DNA of 63,631 nucleotides, counting the filler, from Octopus bimaculoides (lineage: Eukaryota), in NCBI RefSeq assembly GCF_001194135.2. It is 7 parts of 7 records of this genome, joined end to end, with 100 filler letters (N's around TTAATTAATTAA, not from the genome) between each part and the next. Parts side by side here need not be neighbours in the genome. Positions count along the whole stretch, not along the records: positions 26,645 to 31,094 come from NC_068986.1; positions 31,195 to 43,258 come from NC_068988.1; 5 more parts are not named here. One strand, 5' to 3'. The notes under the pieces were generated by a model. That model made no database searches. It worked only from the letters and a program-made list of their open reading frames with translations, and was not told the origin of the DNA. How positions within the stretch are numbered: position 1 is the stretch's first letter; the number at the start of each line of letters is the position of its first letter. Positions 27,261 through 39,771 of this stretch are shown here, piece after piece. The position numbers and the translations under genes were made by a program.

Positions 27261-29464
27261 GAAAATCTAAGAAAAACAAAAGAACACAATTACTGTTAGC
27301 TGGTTTACATTCAAGTAATTAACCAAGAAAGACCATCTGGACCACATTAATTAAACTTGGTTGTATACATTCAAGTCGTTTAAACAGTGTAATTGGTAGG
27401 TATTTGTGTCTTGGAAAGGGAGGAGGTGACTATGACCAAGAGAACACTCTCACCATCATCATTTGTAAAATGGAAAAAACAAGTATTTCAGATACTGTCA
27501 GGTAAAAAACAAAACACTAGACCAATGAAACATATGAAAATGAAGTTTATGTAACTCTTCATTCATAAATGAGTACTGACAAGCTACTCACTTTAACCCT
27601 ACAACCATACTGCATCTATTTTGAGCAGATTCAGGCTGGGTATCAATTATATTGACATCAACAGAGTACAGATTATGGGCATTGCCGTTTACAATCTTAC
27701 AAGGAAGAAAAGCCAACTGTTTATCAGTACAATGTAACAGTTTCCAATAAATAAAAAAAATATCGTATAAGTTACTAACATTCCAATTGCGATATCATTG
27801 GAAAAACCAGCTCCATCCAATAATCCCGAATGTAGATTTTATCTTTATATCTCATACAATATCTGGTTACTTGCTAAATCAGGTTAGATGAAGCTACATA
27901 CTAAATAAAATCACAAGTTGCAAGAGAAAATAAATGTGCCTTGGTATTTTTCAAAATGTGTAAAAATGACTTTCAAAACAAGGAACTTAGAATTATAAAA
28001 TCAGTTTTCAAAACGATGGAATTATGCAAAACATATAAAACTAGAAGCATACTGATCATGCCATTAAGTTAAAGAATGGCCCCTAGTGACCTCCTCTGAC
28101 AAAAGCTATGAAAAAATACAAACATGGCTTCTTGCTGCCTTCCTTTGGATTTTTTCTTTCCATTAACAAGGCAATCTTGTCAAATAGATAATGACAAGTT
28201 TTCCACAAGGGCCTGAGCACAGAGAACCTGAAGAACCAGAACAAACACTGCAATGCTTTAACAAATCTACTACTTCACTGGCACAAACTGCTACTACTTT
28301 ATATTGACCCTTGGAATAATAGAAGGCAAAGCTGATGTCAATGAGATTTGAACATAAGACATGAAAAATAAAACATGAAAGATATTTTAAGACAATTTAT
28401 CCAACACTAACATTTCAGCAAATTAACTGTATTTAAAACATCAATAACAAAAAAAAAAGGGGGGATATGAAATAATTAGAGGATGTGAGATGTCTCTTCT
28501 CATTCACACACACACAATTTTTTGTGGCCTTAGCTTATGACTACAACTAAACTGCGTGTCCAGTTATATTTTCTGTTGTCTAGAAACAAGTAGGGGCAGA
28601 TGACATGAAGGGCATCTGAGTATAGAAAAACTACCTCAATGTACTCTCATCTGACCTATAGAAAAGTAGACATGAAAATGATGACGATGTCTGGAAGGAT
28701 TTAACAACTAATCACAATTTGTGAGGTGTCAATGATAAACACTTTCCAAGAATACTTGACAACACAGCCATACTATCTAAACTGCGAGACCCTTCCAAAT
28801 GTGTATTTAGTTTGCAGAATGCTCTGCTGAGATACTTCCCTGCCATGTATTGTTGATATTCTCTCTAGTGCTATTGCTGTAGTTACAGTATACAATGCTT
28901 ACTCTAATTAAAAATACATGTTTAATAGCAACTGAAGTTTATAACAAGTGAACATACAAATTACATCCAGCTTCAGGCAATCAGCTGGATTCATTAATAG
29001 AAATTGCCAGTAGTAACAGTATTTGATTTGTCAATTTGTCGTTCAGGGAGCCATTATTTCTGCTAGCAACAAAGGCATTCTTTTAAGGTGAAGAAAAGAC
29101 TGTACGATACTTGTGTATGAAGTACAAGATGTGTATGAAGATGTGCAAAGACTGGAAAGAAATAATACAAGTATACTCCACTGGACATGTTCAAATAAAT
29201 AGTAAATTTGGCAAGTTTAGCTATAGTCATCCTGGTTGGTACATCGCATGCTATACAACTACTCACTGCATGACAGATCATATACCTTGATCAAATTGAA
29301 ACACAATCCACCTGGCATGCCAAACTTGTTTGTTCACCAACATTAAGTTATCTTTGTGCCATTAATTTGTTAATCAAAGAGTTAAGGATAATCAACAACT
29401 TAAGCTGCTTATTTCCTTTAGAGAACTACATATACATATAATACTATTAAGATTTCATTATCAT

Positions 29465-29600
29465 TTAACATCCACTTTTTGAATGCTTGCATGGGTCAGA
29501 CAGAATTTGTTGAGGCAGATTTTCCACAATCAGATGCTCTTTCTGTCACCAATCCCAACCCGTTTCAAAGCAAGCTAATATTCCCCCATGATCAGACTAC
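29465..29600 (-). mobile_element. Decayed RTE-type 3' UTR fragment (a similar plus-strand relic lies at about 28585-28690)
   Basis: TTTAACATCCACTTTT..ATGCTTGCATGGGTCAGAC...CAGATGCTCTTTCTGTCACCAA resembles the reverse complement of the GGCATTAGGAAGG-type UTR at 31083-31094. Confidence 0.4.
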
Positions 29601-29818
29601 TGTTTAAACTGAGATAAAATTATATTTGAAGCAACTAAATGGCTTTCCTACTACTAACCACTTAAGAGAAGAGTGGCTTAAATAAGCACTGGAGCTATAT
29701 ACATTGCTTCAAGAGCAGAACACCATGACTTTTGTTATAAGATATGAACTCCAGACTATTAAATTAGTAATCCAACAACTTAAATTGTTGGATGACAGAG
29801 TGTCTCAACTATTCAATA

Positions 29819-29852
<34 letters not shown>

Positions 29853-29885
29853 CCAAAACATTATGAAAATCAAATAAAAACTCAC

Positions 29886-30073
29886 TTCTGCCAACAATAA
29901 CTCAACTTTGACTAGATCTTCTGTCTTGGATACTGGGGTCTGCAATGCAGTATCCAATAAGAGAACTCCATTTAGGTCTTTGCGTGCACATACAGATGTC
30001 CCTTCGCAAATAATCATGCGATCTTTTTCTTGTAAATACATACATTTCAGCTTGTTGGATTTCGTGTTTGTTG
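29886..30073 (-). CDS. BIRC6: Internal coding exon of BIRC6/Bruce/Apollon (N-terminal region upstream of the BIR domain; probably equivalent to vertebrate exon 2)
   Basis: Minus-strand polypyrimidine acceptor (tttcttttctcttttctatttctAG, AG at 30075-30074) and perfect GTGAGT donor (29885-29880). The exon reads (xCA)TNTKSNKLKCMYLQEKDRMIICEGTSVCARKDLNGVLLLDTALQTPVSKTEDLVKVELLLAE. This matches my recollection of human BIRC6 (VKCQYISAVDKVIFVDDYAVGCRKDLNGILLLDTALQTPVSKQDDVVQLELPVTE). No other BIRC6 exon was found in the window. Confidence 0.92.
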
Positions 30074-30853
30074 CTAGAAATAGAAAAGAGAAAAGAAATC
30101 AAAAATATTATACAATATGTCAAGTGCATGTTTAAACACTTCTTTAGATATTTTACCTTGAGTTTCAAAAGCTTACAGAGTACATACATTGTTTCTTATG
30201 ATGTGGCTTATTAGTAAGAACTATAGCCCCAAAGAGCCATAGAAATATAACCAGCAGTGACAAGAAAACTTGAATAGTCTGTACTAGTTAAGAAGTCATT
30301 AGAAGCTAAGCTTAATGGATTATTAGGTCATCCCAATTAGCAACCAGTTTCTCCATTCAGTATGCTAATTATTCCCCTTTTATAAATTCACAATATACAG
30401 AAAAAAGATGAATACTAATTGTTTTAAGACCAATTGAGAGAGAGAGGTGGGTATAAATAATTAGTAAAAATGTTTTCAATTGCAAACACAAATTAACAAT
30501 TCATTTTTAAATTGCTGTTAAGCCCCAAGTTAGCTCTGAGTTGATCTAAGATAAGAAATGAATATTTTTCAGATAAAGTATGTCTTTTTTTTTTTTAATT
30601 CTTTTTTTAAGACATTAGATGGCCCATTTAAGGAATACTTGACTTAGTCATGACTAGAACATCTTATCACAGATCTGCTTTATCAGAGCTGACCTGGGGA
30701 AGAACAAATGCACACAATCAACAGGCATGCTAAAAAATAGTTGAGTTTCCTTCAAATCACAACTTACAATGTTAAAAGAGGATATTGGATTATGTAAGCC
30801 TCAATATGCTAAGTCAGAAAAATATAGAATTGTCATGGCTTGAACTAATACAA

Positions 30854-30889
<36 letters not shown>

Positions 30890-30897
30890 ATTACTTG

Positions 30898-31094
30898 CAG
30901 GGGAGTTATGGAAGAAGGAGACCCAGGAAGACATGGGACGAAAAATTGAAGACTGATCTCAAAATGCTTGAGATATATGGCACATTGCTGTACTCAAGAA
31001 GACCCACCCATCACAACAGAATTGAGATTCTAAAACCAAGGTGACACGTAAAAAGCACCCAGCACACTCTGAAAAGTGATTGGCATTAGGAAGG
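30898..31094 (+). mobile_element. RTE LINE C-terminus and start of 3' UTR
   Basis: GSYGRRRPRKTWDEKLKTDLKML corresponds to the RTE GRP.KTW motif; it is followed by UTR sequence ending at the spacer. Confidence 0.7.
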
Positions 31095-31194
31095 NNNNNN
31101 NNNNNNNNNNNNNNNNNNNNNNNNNNNNNNNNNNNNNNTTAATTAATTAANNNNNNNNNNNNNNNNNNNNNNNNNNNNNNNNNNNNNNNNNNNN
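31095..31194. other. Artificial 100-bp assembly spacer
   Basis: 44 N + TTAATTAATTAA (31139-31150) + 44 N. Confidence 0.95.
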
Positions 31195-31340
31195 CAGTCT
31201 TCTTTCAGTTTCCGTCTATGAAATCCACTCACAAGGCTATGATCGGCTCTAGACTACAGAAGACACTGAAGGTGCCACGCAGTGAGACTGAACCCGGAAC
31301 CATGTGCTTGAGAACAAGATTCTTACCACGCTGCCACGTA
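31195..31340 (-). mobile_element. SINE family A 5' part
   Basis: Reverse complement of the family A head (TTCTTTCAGTTTCCGTCTA...GACTGAACCCGGAACCATGTG). Confidence 0.85.
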
Positions 31341-31789
31341 GCTTAAAGAACATATTGCTGCTATTTCTAGCCGATGGAGCGACCATGTACAGGCAACGAC
31401 GTCCCTACCTCTGGTTACATATATGGATGACTTCAGAGGAAAGTCGAGTCCACGGAAGTGTTTATGAGGAGGAGGAGAAGGATGAAGAGTAAGGAGAGGT
31501 AGAGTGAGAGGAAAGAAATACAAGGTGGTGGGAGGTTGTATGTTGACAGTACTATATCAAGATGTGATGCAGCATTGGAAGGGCCGCAAGCACACATGCA
31601 CACGTATACAAACACAAGCACCCACACATATTCACACACAGGTACTGCGCACGCATTCACACACGTACTGCGCGCGCGCGTGTGACATGTGTAAATACGT
31701 AGAGAGAGCTTCTAGGTGGTCTTTGAAGCTGCTAGAAATAACAGTGAAATTTTTGAAAAAATAAAGGAACGGCCAGGGTGGAACGCCGG

Positions 31790-31831
31790 TAGCAGTGGTA
31801 GCAGTGGTAGTAGTAACAGCGATAGTAGTAA

Positions 31832-31867
<36 letters not shown>

Positions 31868-31890
31868 TAGTAGTAGTAGTAGTAGTAGTG

Positions 31891-31927
<37 letters not shown>

Positions 31928-31934
31928 CAGTAGC

Positions 31935-31971
<37 letters not shown>

Positions 31972-32084
31972 AGAGTAACAGCAGCAGTAGTAGTAGTAGT
32001 CATAATTGTCGTGGTGGTGTGACGGAAGCGGTCGTAACGCTGATGGGTTGGTTCTTATTTGTGTTCTTCATGCTGTGGTTGTTG

Positions 32085-32116
<32 letters not shown>

Positions 32117-32229
32117 AGCGGTGGTGACGTTGGCGATAGTAGTAGTAGTAGTAGTAGTAGTAGTAGCAGCAGCTAGGTGATAGAGTGGTTCGTATTTGTG
32201 TTAGTGGTGGTGGTAGTGGTGGTAGTGGT
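31790..32229. repeat. Compound triplet microsatellites (GTA)n/(GCA)n/(GTT)n/(GTG)n
   Basis: Read directly. Confidence 0.9.
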
Positions 32230-33471
32230 NNNNNNNNNNNNNNNNNNNNNNNNNNNNNNNNNNNNNNNNNNNNNNNNNNNNNNNNNNNNNNNNNNNNNNN
32301 NNNNNNNNNNNNNNNNNNNNNNNNNNNNNNNNNNNNNNNNNNNNNNNNNNNNNNNNNNNNNNNNNNNNNNNNNNNNNNNNNNNNNNNNNNNNNNNNNNNN
32401 NNNNNNNNNNNNNNNNNNNNNNNNNNNNNNNNNNNNNNNNNNNNNNNNNNNNNNNNNNNNNNNNNNNNNNNNGGTGGTAGTGGCAGTGTTGGTGGTGGTG
32501 GTGGCGGCGGCGGCGGCGTTGGAATTGGTGGGTTTTGTTGTAACTGTTATTGTTGTTGGTGATGATAATGGAGGGTGGTAACGGTAGTAGAGAAAGAGAA
32601 AGACAAAGAAATGGGGTCAGGAGTCAGAAAGTTCGGAAGAGAGAGAGAGAGAGAGAGAGAGAAACAGAGAGAGATAGTGTGCGTAAAGTATGAGAGCGGT
32701 GGGGTTCAAAGTATAAGAGAATGTTATTGCAAATGGCAGCCGTTGTTACATTTGAGAAGTGACATCGAAGGAACGTCAAAAGGATCAAAATGTAACCCTT
32801 TATTGGTAAGGAACGCATTGTGGTGTGATTCTCCAAATCGACGTATATCCCTGTAGAGAGGTAGAATATTGAAGGGTTTGGCGAAGATACTATGTGAGGT
32901 TAATTAGTAGAAACGTATTCAGTCGGGGCCGATGGTTTAGTTGGGTTTGAAGCCACCTGACTTTTTACACGAGATGGAGATGGTGGACATGCGCAGAGTT
33001 ATGAGGCGGTAGAGCAGATTTTCGATCTAGTCCAACTGATTCGCAAAATATGCATTACTTAAAAGAAAGTAAAAAATCTGAAAATCGGTTAAAATAATGT
33101 AGTCTTCCAGTCTCATTGCTATGAAGGTATGATGTTGTGGAGAAAAAAATTGAAGGAAAAAGTTACTGAGATTTAAAAATCGAAAAAAAAAAAAAGCTGT
33201 ATTTTTAGCCAATAGCGAGACAGAAATTTTCAGCGTTTATCGGAGCGGTATCAACTTTAAGGTTGTACCCTGTGAAATTTATAGTTTAGCGTCTGTGACA
33301 TGATCTGTTCATTGTAGGTTTCTAAATTAACAGAAATACCTAATAAATTCAACATGTATCATCTTACTGTTTCTTTTGTCTCTTCATTGATTGTATGTTT
33401 TGGTTATTATAAAAAATTGTTATATTAATATATTTGTTTGCATGTGTTTACTTTATGCGTATTTCAGTATT

Positions 33472-33846
33472 AGGGTTCCGGTTGATCTGATCAACGGAAC
33501 AGCCTGCTCGTGAAATTATCGTGCGAGTGGCTGAGCACTCCACAGACACGTGTACCCTTAACATAATTCTCGGGGAGCTTCAGCGTGACANNNNNNNNNN
33601 CAGACACGTGTACCCTTAACATAATTCTCGGGGAGCTTCAGCGTGACAAAGAGTGTGACAATGCTGACCCCTTGAAAATACAGGTACAACAGAAACAGGA
33701 AGAAAGAGTGACAGAAAGTTGTGGCGTAAGAGTACAGCAGGGTTCGCCACCATCCATTGCTGGAGCCTCGTGGAGATTTAGGTGTCTTCGCTGAATAAAC
33801 ACTCACAACGGCCGGTCTGGAAATCGAAACCGTGATCCTACACCCG
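33472..33846 (-). mobile_element. SINE family C copy, with a 48-bp duplication across a 10-N gap
   Basis: Reverse complement of 20291-20671; 33543-33590 is identical to 33601-33648. Confidence 0.88.
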
Positions 33847-34988
33847 NNNNNNNNNNNNNNNNNNNNNNNNNNNNNNNNNNNNNNNNNNNNNNNNNNNNNN
33901 NNNNNNNNNNNNNNNNNNNNNNNNNNNNNNNNNNNNNNNNNNNNNNNNNNNNNNNNNNNNNNNNNNNNNNNNNNNNNNNNNNNNNNNNNNNNNNNNNNNN
34001 NNNNNNNNNNNNNNNNNNNNNNNNNNNNNNNNNNNNNNNNNNNNNNNNNNNNNNNNNNNNNNNNNNNNNNNNNNNNNNNNNNNNNNNNNNNNNNNNNNNN
34101 NNNNNNNNNNNNNNNNNNNNNNNNNNNNNNNNNNNNNNNNNNNNNNNNNNNNNNNNNNNNNNNNNNNNNNNNNNNNNNNNNNNNNNNNNNNNNNNNNNNN
34201 NNNNNNNNNNNNNNNNNNNNNNNNNNNNNNNNNNNNNNNNNNNNNNNNNNNNNNNNNNNNNNNNNNNNNNNNNNNNNNNNNNNNNNNATATATATATATA
34301 TATATATATATAATCATTAGTGAATTTGTTCACTTTTAACTAATTAACTAATCGATTATTTGATTAATTGCTCGGTCAATCAATCAATTAACTAGGCTTG
34401 TCAAATGACATACCTCCGCTACTCCACGACACGTCCTCTCTACCCCAGGCCTCCTCCAACAGACCTTGAACAGACAGAGTATGTCATTGATAAGGTTACG
34501 GACGGCGACGAAAGGACCTTGACAAACCTTATTGAACGATCGTGCAATTAATTGGGTAAGTGGTTAGCCAGCTTACTAATAAAAATGAGGAAGTGAAATA
34601 GAACCAGTGCGTTTGTGCGTTTTATATAGGCATAACGACCCACCCGAGATACGAAACAAAAATTATATAAACAGATTGATCCGAACATTACCGTCTCTAA
34701 GAAATAATATATCTGAAATAGAAACGGTTCCTTACAGAAATATATAAGATAGATATAGGAAACGGTGTAGCATATCATATTGAAGTGATTAGATAAAAAG
34801 TAGTGTAACTGATGATTTAAAACCAATTTTAATTAAGCATTTAATGAGAGTAGATTTCACCAAGTGCAGTTTTCGCGAAGCCAGTGTATTAAATGTACTG
34901 TGATTGTAATGAATGAGAGCGGTGTAATCGAAATAACAGTCATTAGAGTCCACNNNNNNNNNNTATATATATCTGTGTATGTATATAT

Positions 34989-35023
<35 letters not shown>

Positions 35024-35941
35024 AATACATACATGCATATATGTGTATGTGTGTATGTATGCGTGTATGTATGAATGCATGTATGTATGTATGTATTTCT
35101 GGATGGGTAATGTATCCCCTTATTCTAGATCGGTTGCCAATGTCTGTCGAAGAGGGACGCAATTTAAACGCTTGGATGAGGGACATTCTCGAGGGAGGAA
35201 TTTAATACGAATTAGATACATGTATAATAAACACACACGCTCACATGCGCATACATACGCATGTCACAGACACACATTATATATTTATACATCGAGGAAA
35301 TTAAATATCATGTCTAATTAAACCCTTCGAGTTCTTTTTTTGTTGTTGCTTTATTAATACTTATTTGCTTTTTGATTTTCTTTTTTCCACGGATATATCT
35401 TATTTTTATATACCATATCATTGAAGTACTATGTAATATTTTCATGAAGGCGAATATAGTGACCGAAGCGGTCAAACGCCGAAACATATTGCCTCGTGGT
35501 CAGCGCTGGTTTTAAACATTAAACAAAATAAGCATGTGCTTAGGGCACCAAAATATTGGGGGTGCCACATATGGTAAATGGTTTTCGGCACGAAAGAAAT
35601 CACTTTAAGCTTGCTAAGATAGTATTCGGGATGCCTTGTCTCTTCTAAGTATAGAAACAGATGTATCACGTAAGATTTATTTTGATGATCCGGTCAAAGA
35701 CATTGCAATTCAAAAAAGTAGGAGGAAACTTTTCAAATATAAAGTGGAAGTATACAAAGATAAACATGGCTGTTTGTTGACAAATTTTACCGCTTTGTAA
35801 GGATAATTTACCCGATATTTCTGCCGTTCTAATAGCAATTCTGCGTTTGAAAAGATATAATTTAATTTGCATCGTTCAATACACATTTCGACGCTTCTAA
35901 AAACAAATGTTTGGTTATAATTATTGTCTAATTATTTTATT

Positions 35942-36045
35942 CTTTTATTTGCTCCAGTCATTTGACTGCGGCCATGCTGGAGCACCGCCTTTAATCCGCT
36001 ATGTGGTTGGTAAGCAAGTTACTGACCACACAGCCACTCCTGATA
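35942..36045 (-). mobile_element. Internally deleted SINE family A (head fused directly to the 3' end)
   Basis: CAGTCATTTGACTGCGGCCATGCTGGAGCACCGCCTTT (3' end, reverse complement) abuts ATGTGGTTGGTAAGCAAG...CACACAGCCACTCC (head, reverse complement). Confidence 0.8.
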
Positions 36046-36386
36046 CTTACATATATATATATATATAAACCTATGTGTGTGTGTGTGTGCTTGCGCGTAT
36101 GTATACATAGTTTAAATTACTCAGATAAGTACACACACACACACACACACATGTTTATATACACTCTCTCGCGCGACTTTATTGACCCTCAGCTTTTCTT
36201 AGACTACAGTTCCCAGTAGCACACCAATGGTTCATAGAAGATCTGAACTCACAACCTATGGCTACATTAATCAAAACCATAAACACGCGCATTTTATTCT
36301 TCTTCATTCCATTTCTCAAAATCTCTTTGGCCTTTTGCCATTTCTTTTTGGCTTTTTTTCACCCTGTATTCATTCTCTTCCCCGGG

Positions 36387-36460
<74 letters not shown>

Positions 36461-36757
36461 CATAACATATACGTTCACATACACATGCGCATATATGCAT
36501 TCAATGTATACACAGTGTCAAGTTTAATCGTTGCCCGCACGTGCGTGTGTGTATATTGTTCTGAGAGAAGTCACGTGTAACGACACTCCCTCCTGATTGG
36601 ATACTGTAATTTTGCGATTGAAATGAGAACACATCATACACAAAGCATATGTTTTTCTCTCTGTTTCTCCTTTTTTGTTGTTTTAATTTGTATTTTAGAC
36701 ACATACACGCGTGCATATATATCTCCGTTTATGTGTGTGTGCATTTGTCTGGATATG

Positions 36758-36790
<33 letters not shown>

Positions 36791-36973
36791 TCGCGCGTGA
36801 TTATGTGGTTGTGTGTGTATGTGGGTCTGTGGATCTGTTTCAATATGTATGTGTGAGCGTTTATATATTGTAATTTTTATCATTTCATGGAAGTTTTTTT
36901 TCATAATTTTTATTTTTTAAATGCTAGAACTTAAGCTGTTCTCCATTCGCTAATTCATATATGTACACATGCA

Positions 36974-37011
<38 letters not shown>

Positions 37012-37019
37012 GACAGACA

Positions 37020-37060
<41 letters not shown>

Positions 37061-37914
37061 ATGTATGTGTATATGTATATATATAATACATAAATATTTA
37101 TCTATGTATATATATATATATATACAAATATATATATATACATATACATATATATATACTTATATATANNNNNNNNNNNNNNNNNNNNNNNNNNNNNNNN
37201 NNNNNNNNNNNNNNNNNNNNNNNNNNNNNNNNNNNNNNNNNNNNNNNNNNNNNNNNNNNNNNNNNNNNNNNNNNNNNNNNNNATATATATATATATATAT
37301 ATATACATATATATATGTACACATCGTACACATAGATCGATAGATAGATAGATTTTTGCACTCAAAAGATCTAATTTCGAATGACGCTGAGGTGGACTTG
37401 GTTTTTATCTTTTTAAGGTCGATAAAATACGAGGTAGTATCAAAATGTTTCCGGTCTAGTTGTGTTGCGCGCTAACAGATGGCAGCACGCGGTTGCATGC
37501 GCATTGAGAGCTAGCAGTGACCTCCATGAGGCAGTGTGCCGTGTGACATTGCTGTGTCTACTGCAGTCTGCGACTTTTGTGATGGAGAGGAAGCCGGAAT
37601 TCAAAGAGTCAACAAAGAGCCATGCGCTGAAAGTAAATAAATGAAGAGAGAAAGAAAGAAAGATTGAAAGAAAGAAAGAAAAGAAGGAAGGAATGAAAAG
37701 GGGGAAAGAAGTGCGTGTATTTGTGTGTGNNNNNNNNNNGAAAGAAAGAAAAGAAGGAGGGAATGAAAAGGGGAAAAGAAGTGCGTGTATTTGTGTGTGT
37801 GTGCACCTGTATGCATCAGTACATGTCCTAATCATTTGGTACTTTTGCGATTCTTTGTAAGTTTCTTTGTTTCTTTGTTGTTTATTTCGCCGATATATAA
37901 CAGCGAAATATATA

Positions 37915-38360
37915 CGTAGCTGTGTGGTAATATATATATGGTTGTGTGGTAAGAAATTTGCTTGCCAATCACCTGGCTCCGAGTTCAATCCCACCGCACG
38001 GAACCTTGGGCAAGTACTTTCTACTAAAACTCCATAACGACTAAAGCTTTGTGAGTAGATTTGGTAGACGGAAACTGAAAGAAGCCCGTCGTACATATAT
38101 ATAAGTGTATGTGTGTGTATGTATTTGTGTTTGTGTGTGTGTGGTTTTGTGCATGTTTTCCCGCCATCACCACCGCTACCTGACAATCGGTACTGGCTTT
38201 TTACGTGCCCGTAACACCTAGCAGTTCGACACCTAGCGGTTCGACAAACTAACCACAGAACAAGTACCAAAGAATAAATACTAGGAGAGACTTATTCGAC
38301 TATATGGTTCAAAGGGGTGCCACAGCATGGCCGCATTCAAAAGGCTGAAGCAAATAAAAG
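37915..38360 (+). mobile_element. Near full-length diverged SINE family A with internal (TA)/(TG) microsatellite
   Basis: Head, central microsatellite and the CAGCATGGCCGCA 3' part are all present. Confidence 0.82.
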
Positions 38361-38368
38361 GTTAAATA

Positions 38369-39085
38369 CGAGAGGAAGTCAAAAATTATCCGCACTTTCG
38401 CCATAACATATCTTTATTATTGTTACACGGCCTTCTGCGCATGCGTGACTACAGTTGATGCTATTGTGGTCACGTGATCAAAGTTTGAGCCTGATCGAAC
38501 CATTTGTGTTTTTGGTTTCACAGTGTAAGCATGGCCGCTCCGAATTTGCGCCAAAGAAGAACAAAGAGCGGGAATCCGATTTCTGGAGAAAAGGGTTGTA
38601 CGATCACCAGTGCAAGAAATAGTGCTTTACTGACCAACAAGCTGAAGCCAGCAATTGGCACCAAACGCCCAAGCCTATTGTCGAAGAAAGTTTTGTTGTT
38701 GCATGACAATGCACACCCAAGGTACAGCCGCCCAGACCGTTGAAACCATTAACCAATTGGATTTTGAGGTGCTGGAACACTCTGCCTATAGCCCAGATCT
38801 TGCCCCTTCCGACTATCATATCTTTGGACTGCTCAAAGATGGTTTACGAAGTCGGCGATTTCCTATGGATGAAGATGAGAAGGAAGCGGTGCATAAATGG
38901 TTGCACGACCAACTGAAAAGCTTCTTCTTGGAGAGAATACGCAAACTTGTGGACCATTGGACCAATTGCATCGAAAAGGAAGGAGACTATATAGAAAAAT
39001 GGCGTACTTGGTTATTGTTTATTCCCTGCTTTTGCATAAATACATTGAAAAAGCAAGAGTGAGTATAATTTTTGATTCTCCCTTG
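38369..39085 (+). mobile_element. Internally deleted mariner (DD34D) element with both TIRs
   Basis: TA-flanked ends CGAGAGGAAGTCAAAAATTAT and ATAATTTTTGATTCTCCCTTG. The N-terminus (KEEQRAGIRFL) joins KGCTITSARNSALL..KLKPAIGTKRPSLLSKKVLLLHDNAHP, followed by EVLEHSAYSPDLAPSDYHIFGLLKDGLRSRRF...WTNCIEKEGDYIEK. Confidence 0.92.
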
Positions 39086-39144
39086 TACATGTACAAAAAA
39101 CTATATACACACACACACACACACAATCCCCCTCTCTCTCCCCT

Positions 39145-39199
<55 letters not shown>

Positions 39200-39734
39200 G
39201 ACATGACTGCGCCATATTCTGAAAAGAAAAAAAAAACATCGAAGCTTTTGGTGTCTTAACCATTCTTTGTTTCTTTATAGTCTTTTAATAGTCAAGTATT
39301 CCTTTGTTCAGAATATTCTTTGGCCAAATAATAGTTGTGAGATAACAGAAACAATAGAATACGGTACGGAATGGTCGATAGAAATGATTCTTTGGAACAT
39401 TTTTGCATTTTCGGTTCATATTCTATTGTTTCTTAGACATTATTCAGTTGCGTCTAATATTCCATTTCCGGTTGACGTAACACTTCAAAGAAATCACAGA
39501 GAAAAGAAAAAAAAGATCGGATAAGAAAGGAGCCATTATGTGGTCATATGATCTGCAAGAAAGAGCAGCTAAATCTCCCTCAACTACATTTGGGGAAAGT
39601 CACAGTGAAAATAAAGAGTAGAACTATATGACAAAATAAAAAGTCAACCAGTATGATTGTGTGGCTCACTTTGTAACCAAATGGATTCTGGTTCAGTGCT
39701 ACTGCGTGACTCCATGAGCAAGTTTTTGCTGCCT

Positions 39735-39771
<37 letters not shown>

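Noticed and set aside
27000-29800. Further BIRC6 exons downstream of 29886
   Set aside because: The minus-strand stretches I translated by hand (including ORF 29063-29281) showed no AQQLL, KWATV or BIR-like peptide; the check was not exhaustive.
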